Shown here: positions 8,634 to 16,911 of the stretch, one piece after another
Numbering within the stretch: the first letter of the stretch is position 1
How the letters are laid out: every line of letters starts with the position of its first letter
Assembly (NCBI RefSeq): GCF_003231495.1
Contig: NZ_PQWO01000003.1
Location: 330,001 to 362,000, forward strand
Length of the DNA: 32,000 nucleotides
Source: Acaryochloris thomasi RCC1774
Lineage (GTDB): Bacteria; Cyanobacteriota; Cyanobacteriia; Thermosynechococcales; Thermosynechococcaceae
Direction of reading: 5' to 3'
Notes under the pieces: generated by a model
Database searches by the model: none
The model's input: only the letters and a program-made list of their open reading frames with translations
Told to the model about the DNA's origin: nothing
Made by a program: the position numbers and the translations under genes

Positions 8634-9632
8634 CTAGCTGACTTTGGCTTTGGCCGCTACCAGGACTGGCTCTAGCTCTAGCTCTTCAGATTCTCGCTGC
8701 AAGTCTTCAGAAGCTGGCTCTGGTAACACGGTCTCTTCTGATTCCAGAGGTTGCTCAATATTCTCGATCTGAACGCCGACGAAAATATCGTAGAGAAAGC
8801 CCATAAAGTTTTTGCGATCGTCGAAGACTCCGAACGTTTGGGGGGATTCACGCTCGTCTAATAGATGCTTCACCGCAAAGTAGGACGGCTGAATCCTATA
8901 CCAGGGGATCGAAGGCCAGAGGTGGTGAATCAGGTGATAGTTCTGACTCAAAATCAAGACGTTGAGGATGGGGCTGGCATAAATGCGGGCATTGCGCCAG
9001 CGAGCCGTCTCTTGGAAGGGTCGATGCGGAAAATAGTCGAAAAAGAGGCCGTAGGTGATGCCCACGATTAGCGCTGGCACGAACCAGAAATTGAGTACAA
9101 AGTGAATAAAGCCGAATTGAATGGCGCAACCAATCAAAGCCACTAGGTACAAACGACTCAAGAACCACTCCAGTAGCTCGTACTTCCGCCACAGCCGCCG
9201 CTGAAAGAAGAAGATCTCATGATAGAAAAAACGGGCTGCAATTAGCCACAGAGGTCCGCCGGTCGAAACAAAGTGGTCAGGGTCTTTATCAGGATCGTTG
9301 ACGTTGGCGTGGTGCTGCAGATGAACCCGCGTAAAAACCGGAAAGGCAAAACCCAGCATCAGGGCGCTAGCGTGTCCGAGAGTTGCGTTGACAATGCGAT
9401 TGGTGTGGGCTGCGTTGTGAGAGGCTTCATGGATGATAGTCCCGGCGAGGTGCAGGGCCACAATGCTGCACAGGAAGGAAATCCAACCGGGCCAATTCCA
9501 AACAAACTGACCCAGAGTGCCACCGGTTAGTAGGGCTGTTGCTGTTAGAAAAATCCAGATTGTGGGGCCAAAGGTCTCGGGGGGCAGCAGAAACTCAGGG
9601 GGGATCGTGCGGGGCTTGAGAGCTGCGGTCAT
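8634..9632 (-). CDS. crtR: Beta-carotene hydroxylase CrtR type (membrane di-iron, fatty-acid-desaturase superfamily)
   Basis: Three His boxes (HEASHNAAH, HLQHH, YHLIHHLWPSIPWY) and multiple TM helices. Start at the MTAALKP ATG (9632). Has an acidic C-terminal tail. Confidence 0.7.
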   Translation of the reverse strand: MTAALKPRTIPPEFLLPPETFGPTIWIFLTATALLTGGTLGQFVWNWPGWISFLCSIVALHLAGTIIHEASHNAAHTNRIVNATLGHASALMLGFAFPVFTRVHLQHHANVNDPDKDPDHFVSTGGPLWLIAARFFYHEIFFFQRRLWRKYELLEWFLSRLYLVALIGCAIQFGFIHFVLNFWFVPALIVGITYGLFFDYFPHRPFQETARWRNARIYASPILNVLILSQNYHLIHHLWPSIPWYRIQPSYFAVKHLLDERESPQTFGVFDDRKNFMGFLYDIFVGVQIENIEQPLESEETVLPEPASEDLQRESEELELEPVLVAAKAKVS

Positions 9633-9798
9633 GTACGAGAGATCCTTAAGCTGCTTTGTCAGAGTACCCAGGTAGTATACCAATTAATAAAGTTTCGTAA
9701 CATTTCAAGGTGTAAATAGGGAACCTTGATGTTCCTGCCTAGGTCAGTGAAAAATGAAGAACTTTTCCTTCTGCTGCAAACTTTTGAGGTGTGTTTTC

Positions 9799-10749
9799 AT
9801 GGCAAGTACTAAGAGCCAGCGGCGTCCAATGCTGAAAAGAGCGATGGGATTGATGGGGGCCATGGCCTTGGGCCTGCCGGTTGCGATCGCAACCCTGACT
9901 CCATCAACTGCAATAGCCCAACCTGTAGAGACGGAACTACCTCCCGTTGATCCAGGAATCGAAGATGTTGACCCAGACAACGAAGCACCAATTGACTCAG
10001 AACTACCCCCCGTCGATTCTGATGCTGTTGATCCTGACGATATCGAATCAGAGGAAGCCGCTGGGACAGATGATTCGAGTGAGACCGAAGCAGCAACCGA
10101 GTCAGAATCAACCACTGCCACGACCCCCAACGATGAGCGGTTCTTCTGCCAGTCCAGCGGCAACCAATATTCAGTCATGTATAACCCCGAAAGTCGTCCG
10201 GGAGAAGCCTTTCCCTGGGCCATTCCGCAGGAGCTGGGGGGCGGATGGACGCCGGAACTGCGCTGTCTAGAAATCGCCAAACGTCTAGAAGAATATCGGC
10301 CCGACGGGTTGCAAGAGCTGCAAACCTCAACAGAGAACGGTTACAACACGGTCTGCGTCACCACAGAGAGCAACGGTCGTTGTCGCCTCGTGTTTACGGT
10401 TCCACCCGGTCAGGATCCGCTTCAGACACGCGATTCTGTCTTTGAAAATCTCACCACCGCCGATAGCGGCCAGCAAACTCAGGGCGTGACCACCTTTGCG
10501 GATGGAGGCCAAGCTCCTATTGGAAACCTTGGTAGCGGCGAAGGTGCCATTGATGAACTCGTTAACCTGGGCATCTCCATTTTGGGTGGGCAAGGGAAGC
10601 GACCCTCCAGCGCCGGTATTCCGCTTAAGCCCTATCTAGATGCGTCAGACGGTGGAACAGGCGTCGCATTGACTGACGGTGTTCCGGTCACTCGTAGCAC
10701 AGCCCCTAACCAGAGAGGGCGGCGTCTACAGCCCAATCAGTTCCGATAG
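9799..10749 (+). CDS. Secreted COP23-domain protein (circadian oscillating protein family) with acidic repeat linker
   Basis: Signal-peptide-like N-terminus (KSQRRPMLKR + AMGLMGAMALGLPVAIATL...AIA/QP), an acidic ELPPVD repeats region, and a COP23-like core (FFCQSSGNQYSVMY...WTPELRCLEIAKRLE...NGYNTVCVT...GRCRLVFTVPPGQDP). An alternative ATG lies at 9754. Confidence 0.75.
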   Translation: MASTKSQRRPMLKRAMGLMGAMALGLPVAIATLTPSTAIAQPVETELPPVDPGIEDVDPDNEAPIDSELPPVDSDAVDPDDIESEEAAGTDDSSETEAATESESTTATTPNDERFFCQSSGNQYSVMYNPESRPGEAFPWAIPQELGGGWTPELRCLEIAKRLEEYRPDGLQELQTSTENGYNTVCVTTESNGRCRLVFTVPPGQDPLQTRDSVFENLTTADSGQQTQGVTTFADGGQAPIGNLGSGEGAIDELVNLGISILGGQGKRPSSAGIPLKPYLDASDGGTGVALTDGVPVTRSTAPNQRGRRLQPNQFR

Positions 10750-10758
10750 TTTATGCCT

Positions 10759-10790
10759 CTCGCCATAGATTCAATTGCCCCTATGGCGAG
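10759..10790. terminator. Hairpin between convergent COP23 and nucleotidase genes
   Basis: ctcgccatag (10759-10768) pairs perfectly with ctatggcgag (10781-10790) around a 12-nt loop. There is no clear U-tract on either strand. Confidence 0.5.
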
Positions 10791-10800
10791 TCATTCTGAC

Positions 10801-11772
10801 TTAGGATGTCTGCTGCTGTAAAGCCGCAATCACTTTGTCATGCAGTAGGCCATTACTGACAACCACCCCTTGGTTATCCACCAGCTTTGCACCTTGGGAA
10901 AAATCGAGGGGTTTGCCATGCATATCTGTGACGCGCCCTCCGGCTTCTTCGACAACAATGGTTCCGGCCGCGTGGTCCCAAATTTTCTCCCGGTAGTCTG
11001 GGGTTTTGGGTGAAGGTAAACGTAGGTAGAGAGCCGCTTCCCCTGAAGCCACTGCACCGTATTTAGCTTGGCTATCCATTCTTAAAGAGTCTTGGGTAAT
11101 GCCCGCAGCTTTAGCTATTTCAGCCTGCTGAGCTTGGTTGCCGTGGCCTGATTCTACGCTCTCAACAAACCGTAGATTTGGGTCATTTTCAGAACTTACA
11201 ACTTTAATAGTTTGAGGATTCTGGCCGTCAAGTCCAGACATCGTTGTGCCTTCGCCACGAACAGCGACAAACATCAGTCCGGGCTGGGCTGCACTCAACT
11301 GGAGGGCAGGACAGACAAGAACGCCGACCTTGACCTCTCCATCTTCGACTAGGGCAAGGGCCACAGCATACTGATCTTTCCGCAAAAAGCCTTTGGTGCC
11401 GTCGATAGGGTCTAGGGTCCAGTAGCGCGGTCCCACGGAGCCGTTGCCGTGATCGATCCAGGAGACCACCTGATCAGGAGTGGTGTTGGGGGCGATGGCA
11501 CCGACATAATCAGCAACCTGAGACAGTCGCTCTGCCATCTCGGGCTGCTTCAGTTCAGCGGCATCTTCTTCGCCTACTACAGGGTCGTTGGGAAACTCAG
11601 TTGCCAATTCTCGACAGATCAGGGCTTGAGAACCAAAGTCAGCAATGGTGACGGGGCTGCGATCTTTTTTTTCGATGGCCTCTGGCGAAATTTCGTGTCG
11701 GACACGCTCACAAAGCTGACCGGCAGCTAGGGCCGCTTTAATCGCAATTTGTTTTTCAGTTTCGTAGGCCAT
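10801..11772 (-). CDS. 3'(2'),5'-bisphosphate nucleotidase (HAL2/SAL1 type, IMPase superfamily)
   Basis: WTLDPIDGTKGFLR and KIWDHAAGTIVVEEAGG motifs. Start at the MAYETEKQ ATG (11772). Confidence 0.85.
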   Translation of the reverse strand: MAYETEKQIAIKAALAAGQLCERVRHEISPEAIEKKDRSPVTIADFGSQALICRELATEFPNDPVVGEEDAAELKQPEMAERLSQVADYVGAIAPNTTPDQVVSWIDHGNGSVGPRYWTLDPIDGTKGFLRKDQYAVALALVEDGEVKVGVLVCPALQLSAAQPGLMFVAVRGEGTTMSGLDGQNPQTIKVVSSENDPNLRFVESVESGHGNQAQQAEIAKAAGITQDSLRMDSQAKYGAVASGEAALYLRLPSPKTPDYREKIWDHAAGTIVVEEAGGRVTDMHGKPLDFSQGAKLVDNQGVVVSNGLLHDKVIAALQQQTS

Positions 11773-12219
11773 ATACAGTCGATCTCTCAATTTTCTGACG
11801 TGGATAAGCAATTTTTACAATAGCGTATTCCTCAGGCCTTTCTGAGGTCTTGATCCTGGACCAATGATGAGAAAAAAGTTCGCTTATGGAAATAGTCTCA
11901 ATTTCGGGAACTATCTCTAGCAACAGGCTGTTGTGATCATTGCTACACACCATCGTTTTTCGCCAGTAATCAAACAAAGGTCATTAGAAATTTAGCACTG
12001 GCAACAGACACGATTGAGAGACGAATGCTTTTTCCCAATTTGAGCACGCGGCAAAAGCGGAAAGCTCCTCATCGTAAATTTCAGAGATCTTTACAGCTGA
12101 TTCACAATTTTGCTGGATTGAGCTTCATAAAGGAGAGTTGACAATACCTTGCTAATAGCTTAATCCTGAGAATAATAGTTCTGTCTGTAATAGCTCACTC
12201 GATATCCTTCACTCTGTAC

Positions 12220-13050
12220 ATGAAGCTACAAAGTTTTCTCAAAAAGACCCTGTGGGTTGCAACATCAGCTATCCTCCTGAATCCCGTCGTTGTATTGAGT
12301 CAATCAGCTAGGGAATTTCTCACGAATAGTGATGTTCTCAAGCTAATTAAAGCGGGAATTCCTGAAGAAACAATTATTCTTTCTGTCCAAAATAGCCCTG
12401 CTAATTTTGATACCTCTCCTGAAGCATTAATTGAACTTCGTCAGCAGGGTGTAAGCCAACAAATAATGAACGCAATGCTGGCTCCGAAACAGTCACCTGA
12501 CGTTACAAAGGTTGGCACACATCAAGATAGTCAAGGAAATGCGGTTAGCATTGCGCTGAGTTCAGTGAAGCTGATTGCTGACGAACAAGAACACATCATG
12601 AAACGACGCAAGCCCAATGTTCAGATCACTTCGGGCTCTAGGCTATTGGCACCTTGGGTTGCGCCCTCGAAGCAAAAAGCAGTCATTAGCGGGAGTAGGT
12701 CAAATTTACGAATCTCTGATCACTCCCCAACGTTTGAGATGTCTCTCCCCTCTGACATTTCCCCTAACGATTATATTGTTCTCGTGAAACTCGATTCGAA
12801 GAAAGACCGACGTGAGGTTCAAACGGGCAGAGCTGGTGGCGGTGGACTGAAGGAATTCTTTGGAGCTGGCGTTCGCGTCAAACAAGGGATACGAGAAAAG
12901 ACTAAGGTCAATTTGGTATACGAAGAGCTACAAAGTAGCAGTAGTGTCGGACTCACGACCTATCGTGCCAAGGTTAACAGTCCGCTGGCGGCCGGCGAGT
13001 ACGGTCTAGTTTATCAAGACTTCTTTTATGACTTTGGCTTGGATCTTTAA
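12220..13050 (+). CDS. Secreted hypothetical protein (low-GC gene)
   Basis: 276 aa with a signal-peptide-like N-terminus (KKTLWVATSAILLNPVVVLSQSA). The LTNSDVLKLIKAGIPEETII...SPEALIELRQQGVSQQIMNAML helical repeat is followed by a beta-rich region. About 40% GC in two hand-counted 100-nt samples. Confidence 0.6.
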   Translation: MKLQSFLKKTLWVATSAILLNPVVVLSQSAREFLTNSDVLKLIKAGIPEETIILSVQNSPANFDTSPEALIELRQQGVSQQIMNAMLAPKQSPDVTKVGTHQDSQGNAVSIALSSVKLIADEQEHIMKRRKPNVQITSGSRLLAPWVAPSKQKAVISGSRSNLRISDHSPTFEMSLPSDISPNDYIVLVKLDSKKDRREVQTGRAGGGGLKEFFGAGVRVKQGIREKTKVNLVYEELQSSSSVGLTTYRAKVNSPLAAGEYGLVYQDFFYDFGLDL

Positions 13051-13148
13051 GCATTGAAGGCTCAGTCACTTCAGTTCGGGTTGAGCCAATCTTGGAACTT
13101 CATTCACGACGAAACGCGGACGGCTGCCTGTAAGAGAGTCAGGAGGAA

Positions 13149-13220
13149 TGCCGATCTCGCACACTCTGGTTCAGTAGAAGGTTGCTTGCTTCCCCAAGTA
13201 GTCATTTGGCGAGATCGGCA
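13149..13220. repeat. 12-bp perfect inverted repeat with 48-nt spacer in a convergent intergenic region
   Basis: tgccgatctcgc (13149-13160) and gcgagatcggca (13209-13220). A separate 15-bp perfect palindrome, agtagattatctact, lies at 13240-13254. Confidence 0.6.
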
Positions 13221-13254
13221 GCCATGACCCTAATCACCTAGTAGATTATCTACT

Positions 13255-13650
13255 TTATTGGCTTAGCCAATGACGCGGTAGCAGCTCGCTCACGGGTACG
13301 ACCTCAGTTTCAGAAACGATCACTAAAGTCTTGTAGTTTTGCTCGCTAACCTGAACCATCATTTCTCGACAGCGACCACAGGGGGGGATAATTCCTCTTT
13401 TTGAAACAGCGACGATGTAGTCAATCACTGTTTCACCTTCTTTGATCATATTCACGATTGCAGAAGCTTCGGCACAAAAGCCAATGCCGCAGGCGAGGTC
13501 AATGCAAATACCGGTATGGATTTGACCATCTTGAGCTTGGAGAGCACAGCCAACGGTACCTGCATCTTCTGAGGGACGTGCTAGAGCTACGGGCTTGACT
13601 AACTTTTGAGCTTCGGCAATCAACTGACCAAAGTTGTTAGAAGGTATCAT
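13255..13650 (-). CDS. Cytidine-deaminase-fold zinc enzyme, blasticidin-S-deaminase-like
   Basis: CAEASAI (C-A-E zinc/catalytic motif) and PCGRCREM (PCxxC). The segment SKRGIIPPCGRCREMMVQV...ELLPRHW resembles the BSD sequence as I remember it. Start at the MIPSNNF ATG (13650). Confidence 0.75.
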   Translation of the reverse strand: MIPSNNFGQLIAEAQKLVKPVALARPSEDAGTVGCALQAQDGQIHTGICIDLACGIGFCAEASAIVNMIKEGETVIDYIVAVSKRGIIPPCGRCREMMVQVSEQNYKTLVIVSETEVVPVSELLPRHWLSQ

Positions 13651-13672
13651 TGATGTTTTTAATCCAACATTT

Positions 13673-13978
13673 TTACTCAAGGGGTTGCCAGGTCGAAACG
13701 GCCCGCAACACATCAGGAATATCCATCACCTCGGGGGCAAAGGCAAGCTGCGTTTCAGACAAACCCAAATAGCCAGATTCCTGAAAAGCGAGCAGGACTC
13801 GCTTGAGGGCCAGCCAAACTTCGACTTCATACTCCCAGTCACCGTAGCGCGGTGCATGACCTGCAATCGCTTTCAGTGCCCAAAAATAGCTGTTGCGGAC
13901 CACCGATCCCCCTTTCTTGAACTGGGGTAAATCGTTCTGGTCAATAATTAAGATCTCTTGCTCAACTCGCGCTTTCAT
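13673..13978 (-). CDS. Hypothetical protein, 101 aa, within the two-component operon
   Basis: The ATG lies 9 nt after the regulator's stop, and the stop lies 22 nt before the deaminase ATG. Composition is protein-like. No motif recognised. Confidence 0.55.
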   Translation of the reverse strand: MKARVEQEILIIDQNDLPQFKKGGSVVRNSYFWALKAIAGHAPRYGDWEYEVEVWLALKRVLLAFQESGYLGLSETQLAFAPEVMDIPDVLRAVSTWQPLE

Positions 13979-13987
13979 TGGGGGCTT

Positions 13988-14629
13988 TCATTCAGTTTTT
14001 AGAGACTGCAGGTTCGTGGCTAGGATAGCGGCCTGGGTGCGATCTCTTAAATTAAGCCGCTTCAAAATGCTGTTAACGTGATTTTTTACAGTCCGTTCCG
14101 AAATATACAGCGCGTCCGCGATTTCACGATTGCTCTTACCCGCTGCGATCAGCTGCAAAACCTCTAGCTCTCGGGGTGTTAGCTCATTGATCTCAGGCGG
14201 CGGCGGGGGAGCTGCTGGAGTCGCCGTCATCACCTTATCAAAGAGTCCTGGTCCTAGATGGGTATAGCCCTTCTGGACAGCTCGAATGGCTTCGGCTAGC
14301 TCGTTGGAGGGCGTATCTTTGAGCAAATAACCCTTTGCCCCCTGTCGCATGGCACGAGTCACGTAGTCATCTTCGTCAAAGGTGGTCAATATCAGCACCT
14401 TTAGATGGGGAGCCTGTTCATGCAGGGTGCGGGTTGCGGCCACGCCATCCATAATCGGCATTCGCACATCCATTAGAATCACGTCAGGCTGCAGGGCAAT
14501 TGCCTGCTCAACCGCTTGCTGTCCATTCTCTGCTTCGCCAATCACTTCTAAGTCAGGTTTGGCATCCAGGAGGCTGCGTAGCCCTTCGCGGACAATCCCC
14601 TGATCGTCAACGAGTAGTAAGCGAATCAT
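13988..14629 (-). CDS. NarL/LuxR-family response regulator
   Basis: REC domain (LLVDDQ, ILMDVRMP, GYLLKD) plus a LuxR-type HTH (LTPRELEVLQLIAAGKSNREIADALYISERTVKNHV). Its ATG overlaps the kinase stop (ATGA, 14626-14629). Confidence 0.92.
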   Translation of the reverse strand: MIRLLLVDDQGIVREGLRSLLDAKPDLEVIGEAENGQQAVEQAIALQPDVILMDVRMPIMDGVAATRTLHEQAPHLKVLILTTFDEDDYVTRAMRQGAKGYLLKDTPSNELAEAIRAVQKGYTHLGPGLFDKVMTATPAAPPPPPEINELTPRELEVLQLIAAGKSNREIADALYISERTVKNHVNSILKRLNLRDRTQAAILATNLQSLKTE

Positions 14630-15978
14630 CGGATCCCTCGTGGAATGATGGCCTGAATTTGGCATCCTTGCTGGGGTTGGCTGTGTAATGTGAAGGTACC
14701 CCCCAGTGCTTCTGTGCGCTCTTGCATACTCTGCAGTCCGAATCCGACGGTGTGCTGCGTGGGATCAAACCCCTGTCCATTATCTGTGATTTGAAGCTGA
14801 TAATCAGCATTCTGTTCCCGAAAGTGAAGCTGCACCTCGGTGGCTTGGCTGTGTTTGGAAACGTTGGTGAGGGCTTCTTGCGTCAATCGGAATAAGGCGT
14901 TCGCGAATTCTTTGGGCAGCGTCGCTGTTTCGGCAATTTGAGCAATTATTTTGATGCCCGTATTTTGCTCGAAGGCTTTGGTTAACTGCTGCAGGGCTTG
15001 GGTTAGGGTTCTATTCTGCAGCGGATCAACCCTGAGAGAGGCGACGGATTGCCGGACATCTTGTAGGGCATTTTTACCGAGTTGTCGTGCTTTTTGCAGG
15101 TGATCGAGGGCTTTTGTCTGATCCTGGGGCATCCATAGATCAACGTTCTCAAGCTGAATGCTTTGAGCTGTTAGGGAATGCCCCACTGAATCGTGCATCT
15201 CGCGGGCGATGCGCTGTCGTTCCTGGAGGGTAGCCTGATTTTCAATCAAGAGGGTATAGCGACGCAGGCGCTCATTGGCTTGGGTCAGATTGTCTTGACT
15301 TTGCTTCGCGGTCAGTAAGGCGCTGACCAGTAACGTGACAAAAATGAGGACAAATCCGAATAGCAAAGAGGAATTCAGGACCACAGCATCTAAAAAGTCA
15401 GGCTGCAGGCGGAAGCGCTCTCGATGGAGCAGGCGGGTCAGAGGGACACCCAAGAAATGAACTCTGGCAACGGCTAACCCCAGCATTACCAGAAAGGAGA
15501 TGTAGGCGAGCAGGGTGACGATAATTCGACCGCGCCAGCGGAACATTAGGCAGGCGCGAATGACCACGACTAACAATAGAGGCGGAAAGGCAGTTTGAGC
15601 GTGACTGCCGATTAGAACCGCGAGCCAGCTCAATTCTAACCCCAGTAGTGTGTAGAGTCCCTGGGGGAGACGTGTGGAACCAGTGGGGAGGCGCAGCCCT
15701 AGAAGGCCGAGAATGCCGATGCTGGTCACTGCGGCGATGGGGTATCGAGGATAGTTGCGTCGATGTCGTCGGAAGGGGCGTTCGTGAATGGGGGGTGACT
15801 GTGCCCGTTCGATGAATGGAGCTGGAACAACCCTGATTTGAGCTGCGGGTCGAGGACGATTGGGGGGGCGACTGGGGAGGGGCGAGAGGATAGCTAGGGT
15901 TGCGATCGCAACCAAAATCCACTCTAAATAGAGCAGCAGCCGAAACGGATGGCGAGACAAAGGGGATCGGCGCAGCAT
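14626..15978 (-). CDS. Membrane sensor histidine kinase, HisKA_3 (NarX/LiaS/DesK) type
   Basis: H-box REMHDSVGHSLTA, N-box EALTNVSKHS, G1 DNGQGF, G2 GFGLQSMQERTEALGG. The N-terminal half is TM helices plus a Pro/Arg-rich loop, with no sizeable extracytoplasmic domain. ATG at 15978 is preferred over TTG at 15990. Confidence 0.9.
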   Translation of the reverse strand: MLRRSPLSRHPFRLLLYLEWILVAIATLAILSPLPSRPPNRPRPAAQIRVVPAPFIERAQSPPIHERPFRRHRRNYPRYPIAAVTSIGILGLLGLRLPTGSTRLPQGLYTLLGLELSWLAVLIGSHAQTAFPPLLLVVVIRACLMFRWRGRIIVTLLAYISFLVMLGLAVARVHFLGVPLTRLLHRERFRLQPDFLDAVVLNSSLLFGFVLIFVTLLVSALLTAKQSQDNLTQANERLRRYTLLIENQATLQERQRIAREMHDSVGHSLTAQSIQLENVDLWMPQDQTKALDHLQKARQLGKNALQDVRQSVASLRVDPLQNRTLTQALQQLTKAFEQNTGIKIIAQIAETATLPKEFANALFRLTQEALTNVSKHSQATEVQLHFREQNADYQLQITDNGQGFDPTQHTVGFGLQSMQERTEALGGTFTLHSQPQQGCQIQAIIPRGIR

Positions 15979-16215
15979 GACCGCAAACAATGGATTGCGC
16001 CTCCACTATAGAACAGCGACTCCAGCGCCTGGTGGAATTGACCTATCGCTCAAAGAATTTAGTACCAAAGGACTAGAACAGGATTAGTACCCCCGGTGCA
16101 ATCGATTTAGGAGCTTTGATCCTAGTGAGACCAAGACCCAATTTCATAGGATAGAGATGTTCAAAGGAAAACCGGTTTCCCAGAGCCTTTAGCTTTCTAT
16201 CCAAGAGATTTAACC

Positions 16216-16737
16216 ATGAAATTCAACCAGGTCACCGTACTTGCCGCAGCTACTATTTTGATTCCCCTGGGCGGCACGATTGCCCACTTTACCGCCGCGC
16301 CCAAGGCGGCTGTTGCTCAGTCAGAGCAACTCCTTTTAGCTCAAGCATCTGAAACGCCTACAGAAGGGAAAGGTGAGAAACGTCGAGGTTGGGACCGCAG
16401 CAAACTCTTTGAGCAGCTCGATCTATCAGATGCTCAAAAAACAGAGATTCAAAACATTCGTCAACAGGCCCGCGAGAATGGACCAGGCCGAGAAGAAGCA
16501 CGTGCTGCACGAGAAAAGATGCGCGAACTTTTTGCCAGCGATGCTAGCTCAGATGAACTACGCACGCAGTACCAAGACAGTCAATCACTTCGTCAAGAGC
16601 TACGTGAGCAGCGCTTTGAGACAAAACTCAAAATTCGTGAGGTTCTCACTCCAGAGCAGCGCACCAAGTTAGCAGAACTTAAGCCAGAGCGTCGTAGACA
16701 CCGTGGGGGAAAAGGCCCTCAAAGCAGAACCTTCTAA
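16216..16737 (+). CDS. Spy/CpxP-family periplasmic protein (LTxxQ motifs)
   Basis: Signal peptide (VLAAATILIPLGGTIAHFTAAPKAAVA), two LTxxQ-type motifs (LSDAQKTEIQ, LTPEQRTKLAEL) and highly charged helical content. Divergent from the kinase operon. Confidence 0.75.
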   Translation: MKFNQVTVLAAATILIPLGGTIAHFTAAPKAAVAQSEQLLLAQASETPTEGKGEKRRGWDRSKLFEQLDLSDAQKTEIQNIRQQARENGPGREEARAAREKMRELFASDASSDELRTQYQDSQSLRQELREQRFETKLKIREVLTPEQRTKLAELKPERRRHRGGKGPQSRTF

Positions 16738-16800
16738 GAGCAACGCATCGTTTTGGCCGAACGATCGGCGCTAATTTTACTCTCTAATTCATTCTGTAAC

Positions 16801-16832
16801 GCGAGCTAAAGATGAACCTTTAGCTCGCTTTT
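16801..16832 (+). terminator. Rho-independent terminator after the Spy/CpxP-like gene
   Basis: 11-bp perfect stem gcgagctaaag/ctttagctcgc (16801-16811/16818-16828), a 6-nt loop, then tttt (16829-16832). Confidence 0.8.
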
Positions 16833-16911
16833 GCTGACAGCAACGTTTCCTCAAGCTTCAAAAACGATTAAGGTAAAAAAGAGAAAATCGCGTTCCTGAG
16901 ATCAAAAAATT

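Noticed and set aside
9744-10280. 178-aa minus-strand ORF rich in Ser/Gly, opposite the COP23 gene
   Set aside because: It is the antisense mirror of the acidic GAx/GAT-rich repeat region. Its composition is low-complexity, and the plus-strand protein has clear signal-peptide and COP23 features.
11756-11977. 73-aa TTG-start minus-strand ORF upstream of and overlapping the nucleotidase start
   Set aside because: It starts at TTG, lies in AT-rich spacer sequence, overlaps the real gene's 5' end, and contains no recognisable motif.
12138-12166. Possible sigma-70-type promoter TTGACA-N17-TAATCC upstream of the low-GC secreted-protein gene
   Set aside because: The -35 is perfect, but the -10 lacks the invariant final T. 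In AT-rich DNA such matches are common, so I am not confident enough to list it as a feature.
13634-13930. 98-aa plus-strand ORF overlapping the 101-aa minus-strand ORF
   Set aside because: It overlaps the 5' end of the deaminase gene (13634-13650) and runs antisense through the whole operon. The minus-strand ORF fits the operon spacing. The strand choice is still not proven.
15398-16006. 202-aa minus-strand ORF overlapping the kinase N-terminus in another frame
   Set aside because: It is a Pro/Ser/Arg-rich alternative frame of the TM region. The kinase frame continues into canonical H, N and G boxes.
16059-16091. ttagtacc repeated twice (16059 and 16084) in the divergent kinase/Spy-like promoter, as a possible regulator binding site
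   Set aside because: A single 8-mer duplication within about 225 nt is roughly a coin-flip by chance (my estimate is about 0.4). It is worth testing only if the motif recurs elsewhere in the genome.
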